NCBI RefSeq assembly: GCF_006345805.1
Contig: NC_043003.1
Span: 23,002,001-23,066,000 of the forward strand
Direction: 5' to 3'
Length of the DNA stretch: 64,000 bases
DNA from: Octopus sinensis
Taxonomy: Eukaryota
Position 1 is the stretch's first letter, and each line of letters starts with the position of its first letter. Made by a program: the position numbers and the translations under genes. Below, piece by piece: positions 39,570 to 52,347 of the stretch. The notes under the pieces were generated by a model, which saw only the letters and a program-made list of their open reading frames with translations, did no database searches and was not told the DNA's origin.

Positions 39570-41075
39570 ATGCGTTTTCTGCATGAATTTGTGCGCATCG
39601 TGCGTGTGAAATTGTAGCTATGAATTATTCAAACAAGCTGTATTTGTGTCAATTTCTGTTTATACGCTGCATTTTAAAAATGAATTTATGAAATCATATT
39701 GCCGTGGTTTCATTCTATGTATTTATATAAATATGTATATATGTATGTTTATGTGTATGTATTATGCGTAAGTATATAGGTTTGTTTATGTTTCTGTTCG
39801 AGTTTATCTGTGTTAGTTTCGTTTAAACATGCCATTCTTCTACCGTGTGTGTGTGTTTGTATATTTATATATACAAATATATACACACATATATAAACAT
39901 ATACATGTAAAAAAATGTGGGCATATTGTGATGTGCCTCTTTTTACGTATGAGTGTATGAATATAGTGTGTGTTTGTGTGTATATATTTATAGTTGTGAC
40001 CATGCTTATGTATGTGCATACATGTTTCTGCGTATTTCTAAAGTGTTTCTTTTTTAACACTGAATGACACAGCGTTGCTGTGTGTATACGTGTATATGGG
40101 TGAAAGCCTGTTCATGTGTGTAGGTGTTTTCAATCAAACAACAAATCGATATGTTTGTATATGCAGAAGAAATGTTTCTTTCCGTTTTTGAATTACTAGA
40201 TCAAAGGCAACAAAATAAAATAAAGCAAAATGGAATAAATAACAAGAAGAAGAAAAACAAATTGACCAAGATGTACAGATCCAGTTCGAACCATTAAATT
40301 TCTTAACATATGAGGAACAACAAAGCAGAAGTAGAACGAAGATTCAAAAATAAATATTGAATAAATAATAAATAATAAATAATAAATAATATATAAATAA
40401 TAACTAAATAACAAAATATTCTGTAAAAGTGGAAAAGAGATAGAAAAGAAACATAGAAAAAACGAGGATACAAGAAGGTTTGGGTTAAAGAAATTAAGAA
40501 ATTAATAGTTATTTCATTGACACGTGGTAGTAACCCGTGTGTATGTGTGTGTGTGTGTGTGTGTGCGCGTGTATGTGTGTACGTGCGTGTATAAGGGTAT
40601 GCTGATTGGTACCTGTGTGCGTACACATGTGTGTTCTTGGGTGCGTGCGTGTGCGAGCTTATATATATATATATATATATATGATAAGCAAACAAATATA
40701 CATGTATATGTGTATGGATATAATACATACATATATATACATCAATATGTGTATATATATGTGTGTATATGTATGTATTCAATTATATGTATGTGTGTAT
40801 GTGTATGTATATATATATATATATATATATATGTTAGTGTATATGTCTATATATGCGTGAGTGCGTGCATGTGTGTGTGTGTATTGTAAAGAATCAGTTT
40901 TAGAATACAAACGACAAATATTCATTGAACAAAGACCTCAGTCACTGACGTAAAAAGAGCGTAAAAACGCCAACACATTCGTACGTACATAGTTACACAC
41001 AAACGTACTTACACATATACACACATCCACAATACTATATAATTACATATTTACACACACACACAGGCACACAAG

Positions 41076-41107
<32 letters not shown>

Positions 41108-41218
41108 TATATATATATATATATATACAGAGAGAGTGAGAGTGAGAGTGAGAGAGCGATACTTTACTATATATTTTACCATACATTAAGGTATATATAT
41201 ACTTTACCATACATTAAG

Positions 41219-41447
41219 GCGGCGAGCTGGCAGAAACGTTAGCATGCCGGGCGAAATCGTAGCCGTATTTCATCTGCCGTTACGTTCTGAGTTCAAACTC
41301 CGCCGAGGTCGACTTTGCCTTTCATTCTTTCGGGGTCGATAAAATAAGTACCAGTGACGCACTGGGGTCGATATAATCGACTTAATCCGTTTGTCTGTCC
41401 TTGTTTGTCCTCTCTGTGTTTAGCTCCTTGTGGGTAGTAAAGAAATA
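41219..41447 (+). mobile_element. SINE family A, full length with extended Tx1-like tail
   Basis: ggcggcgagctggcagaaacgttagc...ccttgtttgtcctctctgtgtttagctccttgtgggtagtaaagaaa. Confidence 0.9.
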
Positions 41448-42470
41448 TATACTTTACCATATATATATATATTTAACCCCCTTTACATACTGATAGATGC
41501 ATTCACAGACACAAACCAGGCAAATGTAATTTCGTTATTTCATTTCCAAACAACAAACATGGTTGTGGATACGAAATCTCTGAGCAACAACACATGTAAC
41601 AACATTGACTCACTTATATTTACACATAGGATTATGTATACACGCATGTACTTATATTTACAAACAGAGTACACTCGGAACCACACGCACAACCGCACAC
41701 CCACCCTCTCACACAGAGACACATACAAGCACAAACTTCCTGGCACGCACTCAAATCAAGCGACCGTGTGCGTGTATTTGCGCCAATATACGCAAATGCG
41801 TCGAGCATACACAATTGCCTTGGAAGATGCAGACACGGACAATGGAGCATCCGAATATAGCGCACACAGAGAAGAGTCAAATATAGCAAATAATTAGATA
41901 AGAATGATGATGATGATGATGATGATGATGTTGATGATGATTGTTATGATGATGATAACAACAAAATAACAACAACAACAACAACAACAATAATAATGAT
42001 AATAATAATGATAATAATAATAATAATAGTATCACTTTGATGGGATGCACTGCACTCTCACTCACTCAATAATGATAATAATAGTAGTAGTAGTAGTATA
42101 GTAGTAGTATTAATGATAATTTTTATAGCAATAGTAATAATGATAATAATAATAACAATAATAATAATGTATCAACAACGAAACATGCCAAAATATATCA
42201 ACAATGGTACACACACACACAAACATACACATATACATAAACATACACATATACTCGAATGGTATCTATAGAAGTTGCGCTTCAGACAGCAAACAGGAGG
42301 TAGTCAGTACATAATAATAAATTCACCATAACACTTCACACAGATACGCACACACACACACACACACAAACACACACACGCATTGATATACCGCACCCCA
42401 CCACTACACATATACACAACGCTTTAACATGTCACACATAAAATAGCTTATGCCATATATATATATATAT

Positions 42471-42510
<40 letters not shown>

Positions 42511-42658
42511 TCAAAGAGCAATAAAGATTCAAGTTAATTTAAAAAATTTACTTGAATATGGTACCTAACTTAGATGCACCAAAAAAACTATACTGATTTA
42601 ACAATACAGTAATGTGGGGTGATTATAAGCGAGAAAGAAGCAACAAGAATGGATAGGT

Positions 42659-42750
42659 TTTTAGTACGATCATTTCATACAAGGACAGGTTTTATTAAAA
42701 GTTGCAAAGATTCAGCATATAAACCCGAGTCCCGTACTCATCAGCTAAAA
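42659..42750 (-). ncRNA. Type I hammerhead ribozyme motif (inverted pLTR copy)
   Basis: TTTTAG-CTGATGA-GTACGGGAC...GTCCTTGTAT-GAAAT-GATC-GTA-CTAAAA on the minus strand. Confidence 0.7.
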
Positions 42751-43399
42751 TACATGTAAGTTCTCTAGACATCCTAGTGTTTGAGGCTATACTCATGAAG
42801 TAATGTAGATAATTAACAGATTCTAAAGTTCATTAAAGTTCCTTAAAGATGATGTATAGTCTTATCACAGAATTTTAAAAAAGTTTTGATAGCATCACAG
42901 AGAAGGTGACCTAATCCATATGAATTTCCATAGATATGATGAGGGATTATATACTCACAGAAGACAAATTTATCCATTGTTATTAGCATTACAGAGAGGG
43001 TGAATTAATCCTTTGTATATATGCACAGATTCCAATGGTGTAGATGTAAATTTCCAGAGAAATGGAGATGAATTTCATATTCACAGGCGATAAATTTACA
43101 ATGGTTGAACACAATGAGGTAGGTACCAAGCCTTGTTATATGATTAGGTGTTTGCCATATTAATCACACTACTGCTATTCACAAGAGGCTGTAGCTATTT
43201 AACTCTTAAAGGTTGAAGGGCTTACTAGATCGGCCAAGAATAGAGAAGGGAATAGAAGAAAAGAGAGAAAATAATGGAGGAGGGAGCAAAAAAGGGGGGG
43301 AAAGGGGGACTAAAAGAGAAGAGAAAAGGAAACAGAGAATAAGAAGAAGAAAAAGAAGAAAGAGAAAAGAGAAAGAAATAGGGAAAAAATAATAGAATC

Positions 43400-44010
43400 T
43401 TTAGTAAGAAATATTTCATTAAGAATTTCAAAATTATCATCCAATAAGGATATATTTAACTCCCATTCTGAGCATTATAATGCGGCGTTAACTAAGGCTG
43501 GATACAACCAAAAGATTACATTCGTTGATAGGGAGAACTCACGTATTCCTAATAATGAAGTTATCAGTAATCAAGTAAGCAAAAAAGACCAAACCCGAAA
43601 TAAAAGTAGAATTAAATTAACGGTAAATGCTAATCTAGAGTACAGGCCCAACAATTCAAATAGAAGCATTGACCAGAACATAGGTAACTCGGATAAGATT
43701 GAAGTAGATAAACCTAAGATGCACACAAATAAAAATAAAAATAATGGTAATAAATACAATAACTCCGGTGAGATGAATAGTAGTAATTCTACGAACCCTA
43801 AATTTTATAAAAGATATATTATGGCTGAATATTCCTTTCAACTGTGCGATACAATCGGATATACAGAACAAATTCAAAGTAATTCTGGAAAAAAATTTCC
43901 CTATCTCTCATAGATATCATAGAATTATTTCTAGGAAAACAGTTAGGATTTCTTATTCAACCCTCCCAAATATGTCCACTTTAATAGCTAAAATTATAAT
44001 AACAAACATT
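43400..44010 (+). pseudogene. Penelope RT thumb/linker remnant
   Basis: SLRISKLSSNKDIFNSHSEHYNAALTKAGYNQKITF... and, frameshifted, LNIPFN...FKVILEKNFP...IISRKTVRISYSTLPNM. Confidence 0.8.
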
Positions 44011-44489
44011 AAACTAGCCAGGGAAAGATAGAAATAAAAATAATATATCAGAATGAATACCATAGCAATAACAATAATACTACCAACAATAAAACAGCAA
44101 TAGGAACTATCAAAACATAGGTGAAATTAGTAACCACAGAATGACTAAAACATTAACATTAATAGTAATAATAACAATGCCGATATTAATAGAAGTAATA
44201 TGTTTAATAATAGAAATAATAGAAATAAGGCTAATGGAGAAAATAAGGAGAATGAAAATATCAGTGATATCTATAACAATAATATACAGTTGGATAAAAA
44301 GACTAACAATAATAATAACATTACGAATAATATAAGAAATCTTGGTAGGACTTTACACCTAAATGATGAAACGGAAGGATCAATAAGTAATAACAATACT
44401 TTAGATATCAGTACCAACTATAGAAATGATAATCAAATAATAGGAACCTTAAACATCTACCCAGGAATAATCCAAGGCCTGAAGTTTTT

Positions 44490-44900
44490 CCTCCTGTGTG
44501 TAAGTGTAGAATAAAATCAAAATGCCCGGCACCTGGTCTATGTAGGGAAAATAATGTAATCTATAAATGTACCATATCCACGGAGAATAACAAATATTTT
44601 TACTTGGCTGTACAATTAATTTTTTAGCCAGAGTTAGAAATCACATCTCGACTTTTAAATTACGTCATAAGCTGGTACCACCACACTTTCAAACAAAATC
44701 TGGGAACTCAAAAAACTAACAAAATTATACCCTTAATTGGGAAATAGTTAGGAGAGCAATTCCGTATAAAAATAGTAGGGTTGGTTGTCAACTATGCTCC
44801 ATGGAGACGTACGAAATTCTAAAGCATAGTAAACATAGAAACTTATTGAATAACCTATCGAACTAGGTCAAGTTTGTGTCCACGCTAATTGAAGACTTTA
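44490..44900 (+). pseudogene. Penelope GIY-YIG endonuclease remnant with upstream Cys cluster
   Basis: CKCRIKSKCPAPGLCRENNVIYKCTIS...YLGCT...RVRNHISTF...TTLSNKIWELK...WEIVRRA.PYK...CQLCSMETYEILK...LLN. Confidence 0.85.
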
Positions 44901-46323
44901 AAATATTTTAAATGATTGGAATATTCATAACTAGATAGATAGATATAACTTGATTTCTACTAGTATAGCACTGCTTTAAGTAGATAACTAAGAGTTCTCA
45001 CATTACAGTTATCTTTATCCTTTTCCTTATATCTACATCAGTTTTTTGAGAACAGGGAAATGAATAGTACTTATTCGCTACTTATTGAGACTTTATTTAA
45101 TTTCAAACTCGCAATTTTTAAATTCTTAATTTTAAATCTTAATTGTAATATTTAATTTTAATTCCTAACTTAATCTAATTTAAATAGCATAACTCTAATA
45201 AATTATAATTAGTTACTGTAGCCCCATAATTCTATTTCATAATTAAATAATAAGGCTATTCCCTCGGTGATAATATGATTATCTTCATTAGGATAGACAA
45301 TCCCCTAACACCTTGTAAATGATCTTATAAGATTGACCTGTAGTCGGTCAATGTATGAATAATAACGACAACTCCTTAAGACAATAAAATGAATAAATTA
45401 AATAAGTAAATTTTTAATGACTTTTTGATAAGATTATACTTAGATTTTCCTAATGTATTTTCTGGTGATTTTAGCATCTGACCCCTTAACCCCTGACTGT
45501 GTTATCTCTTTAGATTCTCTTTAAACTCATAGCTGATTTCAACAACAATAAATTAACGGTTTACTGGTCAAAGAATAATATTCCCCCTCCAGTTCCTAGA
45601 TGCCTGTTGATTAAAACCAGACTTACAGTCTACTAGCTCTTCTGTATAACTAGAACCCTCTTTTTTCTTTTTCTTTTTTCCCTTCTTTCCCTATTTCTTC
45701 TCTTTTCTCTTTCTTCTTTTTCTTCTTCTTCTTATTCTCTGTTTCCTTTTCTCTTCTCTTTTAGTCCCCCTTTCCCCCCCTTTTTTGCTCCCTCCTCCAT
45801 TATTTTCTCTCTTTTCTTCTATTCCCTTCTCTATTCTTGGCCGATCTAGTAGCCCTTCAACCTTTAAGAGTTAAATAGCTACAGCCTCTTGTGAATAGCA
45901 GTAGTGTGATTAATATGGCAAACACCTAATCATATAACAAGGATTGGTACCTACCTCATTGTGTTCAACCATTGTAAAATTTATCGCCTGTGAATATGAA
46001 ATTCATCTCTATTTCTCTGGAAATTTACATCTACACCATTGGAATCTGTGCATATATACAAAGGATTAATTCACCCTCTCTGTAATGCTAATAACAATGG
46101 ATAAATTTGTCTTCTGTGAGTATATAATCCCTCATCATATCTATGGAATTCATATGGATTAGGTCACCTTCTCTGTGATGCTATCAAAACTTTTTTAAAA
46201 TTCTGTGATAAGACTATACATCATCTTTAAGGAACTTTAATGAACTTTAGAAATCTGTTTAATTATCTACATTACTTCATGAGTATAGCCTCAAACACTA
46301 GGATGTCTAGAGAATTACATGTA

Positions 46324-46412
46324 TTTTAGCTGATGAGTACGGGACTCGTTTATATGCTGTAATCTTTGCAACTTTTAAAAACCTGTCCTTGTATGAAACG
46401 ATCGTACTAAAA
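46324..46412 (+). ncRNA. Type I hammerhead ribozyme motif in the Penelope 3' pLTR
   Basis: Stem I TTTTAG/CTAAAA; CTGATGA at 46330; stem II GTACGGGAC/GTCCTTGTAT; GAAAC at 46395; palindromic ACGATCGT stem III; GUA cleavage triplet. Confidence 0.78.
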
Positions 46413-47311
46413 ACCTATCCATTCTTGTGCTTCTTTCTCGCGTATATATATATATATATATATATATAGCGTGACATACCATATATATCAATGACGTATC
46501 AGACATAAAAATAATTCATACACAATAACACATTGCATACATAATAATATATCACATATACCATAGAGTATCACACGCACAATAACATAACACATGCTTG
46601 ATAACATATTACAAATACCATATCGCGTACACAATAATAAATCACTTCCAGAATCATCTATAACGCAAGGTGATATATCACATATAGAATGGTATATCGC
46701 ATATTCACACTATCATGGCACACAAACACACACACACACACACAAGCACAATAATATAGTACTTGTGCACAATAATATATCATATATGCAATATTATTCA
46801 ACCTACACACACAATAACGTTAGTCACAGGGTACATATTAACGTATCAAGGTATTGTGCTACAATATACAACACCAAACTCCATTCATAAAACATCGTAT
46901 ACACAAAGCGTTATCTCCCACACAATAACACGGTACATCACGTTCATAATATAACATCTAATCTAATATGAGCCACAGTATATGCACAACAGTTTGCCAT
47001 TTACACACAGGCGCGCTCGCACACACACATACATATATGTATATGCATGTATATATATACACACACACATATATATGTGTGTGTATGTATGTATGTATAG
47101 TACAATAACATACTTCAATAAAAGGAAAGGAAAATAAAGCCGCAATGACGCAAGCATCCATGCACAAGTGTGTCTACCTTTTTCGTTTCAACCAATACAG
47201 AACCGAGACTTGCAAAGTTGGAAAGTAGTTCACGAACACACACTCACACACAGAGACACACAGACAAACAGACAGGAACACACTACATACACACTACATA
47301 CAAGCACAAAA

Positions 47312-47344
<33 letters not shown>

Positions 47345-47345
47345 C

Positions 47346-47380
<35 letters not shown>

Positions 47381-47723
47381 TATATATAAATAAATATATG
47401 TACACAAACACAAGAAGTAGAACCTACTTCATACGTACATCAACAGACATAACTATTCGTGCATTTATGAAAAAAATCCCGCAAACATTGGAAATAAACA
47501 AACACGGAGACAATAATCTAAGTGAAGTATATGCACACATACACAAATACAGGCCGCTTTGTAATAGAAAACACGAAAGGAATATATTTTTTGTTTGGAA
47601 AACTAAATTTTAATCCACCTAATTTATAATTCATGTTATTCTAATTCATTTCATTTCGAGCCACATTTTAAGTACATTTTCCATTGGTTCTTGTGAGATA
47701 ATAAATAAACAGATATTGATGAA

Positions 47724-47840
<117 letters not shown>

Positions 47841-48307
47841 GCGAATGTTTTAAAAAAAGATGGGTGAATGTAGCAAGGATGGCACGTATGAATGACGTAG
47901 CAACCTTGAGCATAATCCTATGAACCCAGAAATTGAAAACAGAGGGTTACCCACTTGCAAACAAATGTGGTAACATATAACAATATTGACCGAGGTTACC
48001 GTGGTCTTTTTCGTAGGCTTTTCTTCCCACGGATAAACCTTATCTGCTTCCCCCTCTACACCGTACATCATGACACTGTGATAGACGATCCCTATTGATC
48101 GTTTTTTCCCCTCTTCCCCTTTTTTCCTCTCTTCTTTTTTCTTTTCTCATTTCTTTTGTTTCTTTTCCTTTTTTTCTCTTTTTCTTTTTTCCCTTTTACG
48201 ATCCCTTTTGATAGAAAGCCTACGCCACCTTTTTTTCCCCCAAAAGAAAAGCTCTACCTTGTAATTTGTCCCATCTGTGTGCAACCCTGTGTGGCCAATA
48301 AAGAAAC
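47841..48307 (+). mobile_element. 3' end of a Tx1/L1-type LINE (ORF2 C-terminus plus 3' UTR) within (TATC)n
   Basis: ECFKKRWVNVARMARMNDVATLSIIL*, pyrimidine-rich UTR, terminal ...ccctgtgtggccaataaagaaa; tatc repeats on both sides; clade call by resemblance. Confidence 0.55.
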
Positions 48308-50129
48308 TTATCTATCTATCTAACTTTCATTCTTTCTTTCTGTGTATATGAGAGTGTTTGCTGGCAAGCACCTCTGGAGGTAGAGAGTAGTAAGTGCAGT
48401 GGTGTTTTTGTTTTTCGGAATCCCTACAGGTGTTGAAAAAAACCAAAAAAACACGCTCACTAATATGTTCCAAAAGGAGGTCATTCGGGTCAGCGACATC
48501 TATGGATAACTTCCAGCAGCCCTTAGTCCAGTAGTGCTTGTGAGAAACGCTAAGGGTTCGAAATATAGTATAAATGCATGGACGTGCTGTGAGCCGGGCC
48601 TGTTCGAAATGCTCAAAGAATATGGACAAAAGGTTTAAGCAAGATGCTTATGAACAGTGTATTTGTTCTATGAAATCTGGGGTAAGGTGTTGATTAACTT
48701 GATTCAAATATCTCCTCTGACTGAACAGTTACCTCAAAAGAGGTAAATACTTCTTAATAATATTTGGTACGATTAGAAATTTGAATTTGAAATTAAGGAA
48801 TTATTACATAAAAGATGCGCAGAATTCACATATTTGAAGTTTTTTGTTTACTTATTACGAAACACTTAAAATTTCTGGTCAGTGATTCTCATGTTCAGCA
48901 TTATTTCTTTCTTCTTAGAAATCGCCAGAAATATATATAACCTGTGACATATTAATTAAGCAATTTATGAAGCGAGACATTTAATTATAGAGGAAAAATA
49001 ATTACTCTGACAGAAATTCGTGAAATATGTTAGTTTTTTAAATTGATCATCATATAGCGTTCGTTCTTTAGTAATCAATCGAAAGAGCGAAAAAGCTCTT
49101 AGTGTTCACATACAAGATAACTGTTTCCAGTTCTTTACTGGTAGTTAATTGAATCGGCCTTGAAGATTTCAACGGTAAAGATGTCTTGGCGGTATTTGAA
49201 CCCGGAGCCAATGATCTAGAAACAATCCTGCAAGATATGTTCTCCTATACCCCTAATAATTTTGCCAATCTTCCTCAAAAGGTAAAGTAATAATATGTAA
49301 CTATTCCGTGGGCTTTGTAGAAAGATTTCGGTTGTATATTCCGCTTACCAATGTTACATCTATAGCCTTCTTTGTTCCTAAATACATGATAAAGCTACAT
49401 TCAAATGTGGCTGCACATTGAAACCCGACCTACAGAGCTGCCAGACAAATTAGGTTTGGTAAGTCGATCGATAAAGGTTATATCAGTGCATGTTGATTCC
49501 TCAAAGTAATTTAAGAAGAAAAAATAATCAAGTATTAAATTATTATTGTGAATTTTGTTTTTAAAAATTTATATAAAATTAGGCAAAATATTTTTTTTTA
49601 AAAAAAGCATCTTTTAACTGGCTGGAACACTCACATTAGTGAAATCCTGAATCAGTATTAATAAAGAAATTATTGAGAAATTTCTGGTTACATAAAATAG
49701 ATAATAATGGTAAGAAATATAAAACGTAAAGCAAATATTCCAAATAATCGATAAATAACTCTTTCAAACTAATCAATAATTAACTATTTAAACTAGTCGA
49801 TAAATACAAAACGTTAATGATGGAATAAAGGTGAACTGCACGAGACGAAAACAAAACTAAAGAAAACCACAAAAGAACTGAATAAAAATAAATGAAAACT
49901 TTTATGCTGGATGTTATTCAAGAACTGGAATGTGTGTCTGGGTTTGAAGTATAAAGAGTTAAAGTATGTGAGCGAAGGTACGATGGGTCAAAGCATATGG
50001 GTTAAAGTTAGTCTGTATTATGAAAGAATAACGTATTATTATGGGTAAAATTTTGATGGGATAATACGTGATGGGGGTAAAATATGATGGGATAAAAGTG
50101 TGGTGCATTAAATTGTTGCGGATAAATAC

Positions 50130-50345
50130 GACTGGTTTACGTTCTGTTCTTTTATTCTTTTACTGGTTTCGGTCGTTTCACTGCAGCCATGCTGGAGCAG
50201 CGCTTTTAGTCGAACGAATCGGACCCCAGGACATATTCTTTGTAAGCCTAGCACTTATTCTATCGGTTTCATTTTGCCAAACTGCTATGTGACGGGGACG
50301 AAAACAAACCGACATCGGTTGTCAAGCGATGGTGGGGGGACAAGC
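50130..50345 (-). mobile_element. SINE family B, 3' half
   Basis: gcagccatgctggagca.cgc.tttagtcgaacgaatcg.accccagg...cggttgtcaagcgatgg. Confidence 0.8.
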
Positions 50346-50429
50346 ACACACACACACATATACATACATACATACATACATACATACATACATACACACA
50401 TACACAAAGACACACATATATATATATGT

Positions 50430-50615
50430 ATAGGGAGAATTCACAAAAACACAAAAGACGAAGACAGGTGGTGTAGACAACAAACAGATGTATCAGTATA
50501 AAGGCTCAGGAAGTGAAAAAGGTTTTAACGTTCCGAGCCTACGCTCTTCCACAGAAAGGAACACAGAAAGAAACCATGAGAGAAAATAAAGAATGTGTAG
50601 TGGCTAGCGATCTAT
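50430..50615 (-). mobile_element. Probable Penelope-like terminal repeat with a degenerate hammerhead-like core
   Basis: Minus 50558-50523: cttt-CTGTGGA-aGAGC-gtag-GCTC-GGAAC-GTT-aaaa; a related fragment lies at about 3625-3690. Confidence 0.5.
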
Positions 50616-50629
50616 TATATGTATGTGTG

Positions 50630-50712
<83 letters not shown>

Positions 50713-50714
50713 AT

Positions 50715-51020
50715 ATATCACCGTGATCACCGTGACCGACCAGGCTATCAGATGTTGCTACACATCGCTGGTCACAATGCACTTCGCATTGTTTTAGCCT
50801 TCAAGTGACGCCATCCCGCTGGCTAAGCGAGCAGGCCAACAGAAGAAAGAGTAAGAGAAAGCTGTGGCGAAAGAGTACAGTAGGGATCGCCACCACCTCC
50901 TGTCGGAGCCTCGTGGAGCTTTATGAGTTTTCGCTCAATAAACACTCACAACGACCGGTCTGGGAATCCAAACCGCGATCCTACAACAGCGAGCCGCTGC
51001 CCTAAACACTGGGCCATTGC
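50715..51020 (-). mobile_element. tRNA-derived SINE family C (tail type 2)
   Basis: Head matches 51475; 3' half differs. Confidence 0.85.
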
Positions 51021-51058
51021 GGCCTCCACACACATACACACACACATACACACACACA

Positions 51059-51103
<45 letters not shown>

Positions 51104-51109
51104 GTATAA

Positions 51110-51465
51110 AACAGGATTCTTTCAGGTTCTGTTTACCAAACCCGTTCACAAAGGTTTGGTCGGCCTGAGGCCATAGAAGACACTTGCTCAAGGTACCACG
51201 CAGTTGGACTGAACCCAGAACCATGTGTTTCGGAAGCAAGTTTCTTACCACACAGCCACACCTGCGCCTAAGTTGGTTTTTTAAAAATCTTTTACTTTTT
51301 TATGTTTTCCCTTGCTTCAGTCATTAGACTGCGGCCATACTGGGGCACCATCACTCTGAGGGATTTAGCGGAAGGGATTGACTCGAATTGTGGTTTTAAG
51401 CCTAATATTTAAACCAAAGCTATCAGACTCTTTACCGAGCCGCAAAGTTACGGGACATAAAACAA
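51110..51465 (-). mobile_element. SINE family B pieces (head 51110-51270, tail 51290-51465)
   Basis: Reverse-complement matches to 7355-7742. Confidence 0.75.
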
Positions 51466-51474
51466 AGAAACTGT

Positions 51475-51856
51475 GGAGGCGCAATGGCCCAGTGGTTAGG
51501 GCAGCGGACTCGCGGTCATAGGATCGCGGTTTCGATTCCCAGACCGGGCGTTGTGAGTGTTTATTGAGCGAAAACACCTAAAAGCCCCACGAGGCTCTGG
51601 CAGGGGATGGTGGTGATCCCTGCTGTACTCTTTCACCACAACTTTCTTTCACTCTTACTTCCTGTTTCTGTTGTACCTGTATTTCAAAGGGCCGGCCTTG
51701 TCACTCTCTGTGTCACGCTGAATATCCCCCAGAACTATGTTAAGGGTACACTTGTCTGTGGAGTGCTCAGCCACTTACACGTTAATTTCACGAGCAGGCT
51801 GTTCCGTTGATTCGGATCAACCGGAACCCTCGTCGTCGTAACCGACGGAGTGCTTC
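51475..51856 (+). mobile_element. tRNA-derived SINE family C, full length, nested in SINE B
   Basis: A box TGGCCCAGTGG, B box GGTTTCGATTCC; aaacaaagaaac repeated near both ends (TSD-like). Confidence 0.88.
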
Positions 51857-52039
51857 AAAAGAAAACAAAGAAACACCAGTTGTCAAACGGTGGCAGAGGA
51901 CAAACACACCACAAATACAAATACATTCACCCACACACAGACACGAAGCAAGTGAAGCAGTAAGATAAAATATTAGTTTCGAAGTATAAATTGGGCTATT
52001 TGAATGTAACAGTGTAGTCGATGACGTATTGTAGAATGT

Positions 52040-52075
52040 ACAGGGTGCGGCAGAAGTAACGACCTTTAAAATGTC
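52040..52075 (+). mobile_element. Isolated Tc1/mariner-type TIR
   Basis: TACAGGGTGCGGCAGAAGTAAC; the reverse motif CGCACCCTGTA occurs at about 35110. Confidence 0.4.
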
Positions 52076-52347
52076 CTACGTGTCAGAAATATAGGTTGTA
52101 AGTGGTTCATCCCATTGCAGGAAGCCATATATTGGTGTAAAGTATGGAACGAGCGTTGGTCCGATCTAGCAATTGTCATAATACTATTTTGTTATGAAGT
52201 GTGCATAGAGAAAGAGGGTAGGAGGGGAAAGTTTGAGTGTAAGTAACTTAGGTGGTTCTGGGCTAAAAAGGAATTATATACATAAATAGGTAAGGGTAGG
52301 GTGTTGAGTAGGTGTTTAATTATTGGTTTATTATATGGGTTTGTGAA

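Larger units (their letters stand above)
42510..46442 (+). mobile_element. Penelope-like element (GIY-YIG), 5'-truncated, with an inverted pseudo-LTR at its 5' end
   Basis: 42629-43386 is the reverse complement of 45697-46441; the body encodes RT thumb/linker and GIY-YIG remnants; (TA)n on both sides. Confidence 0.9.

Noticed and set aside
44141-44514. Asn/Ile-rich ORFs of 64-104 aa
   Set aside because: Low-complexity linker inside the Penelope element, not a separate gene
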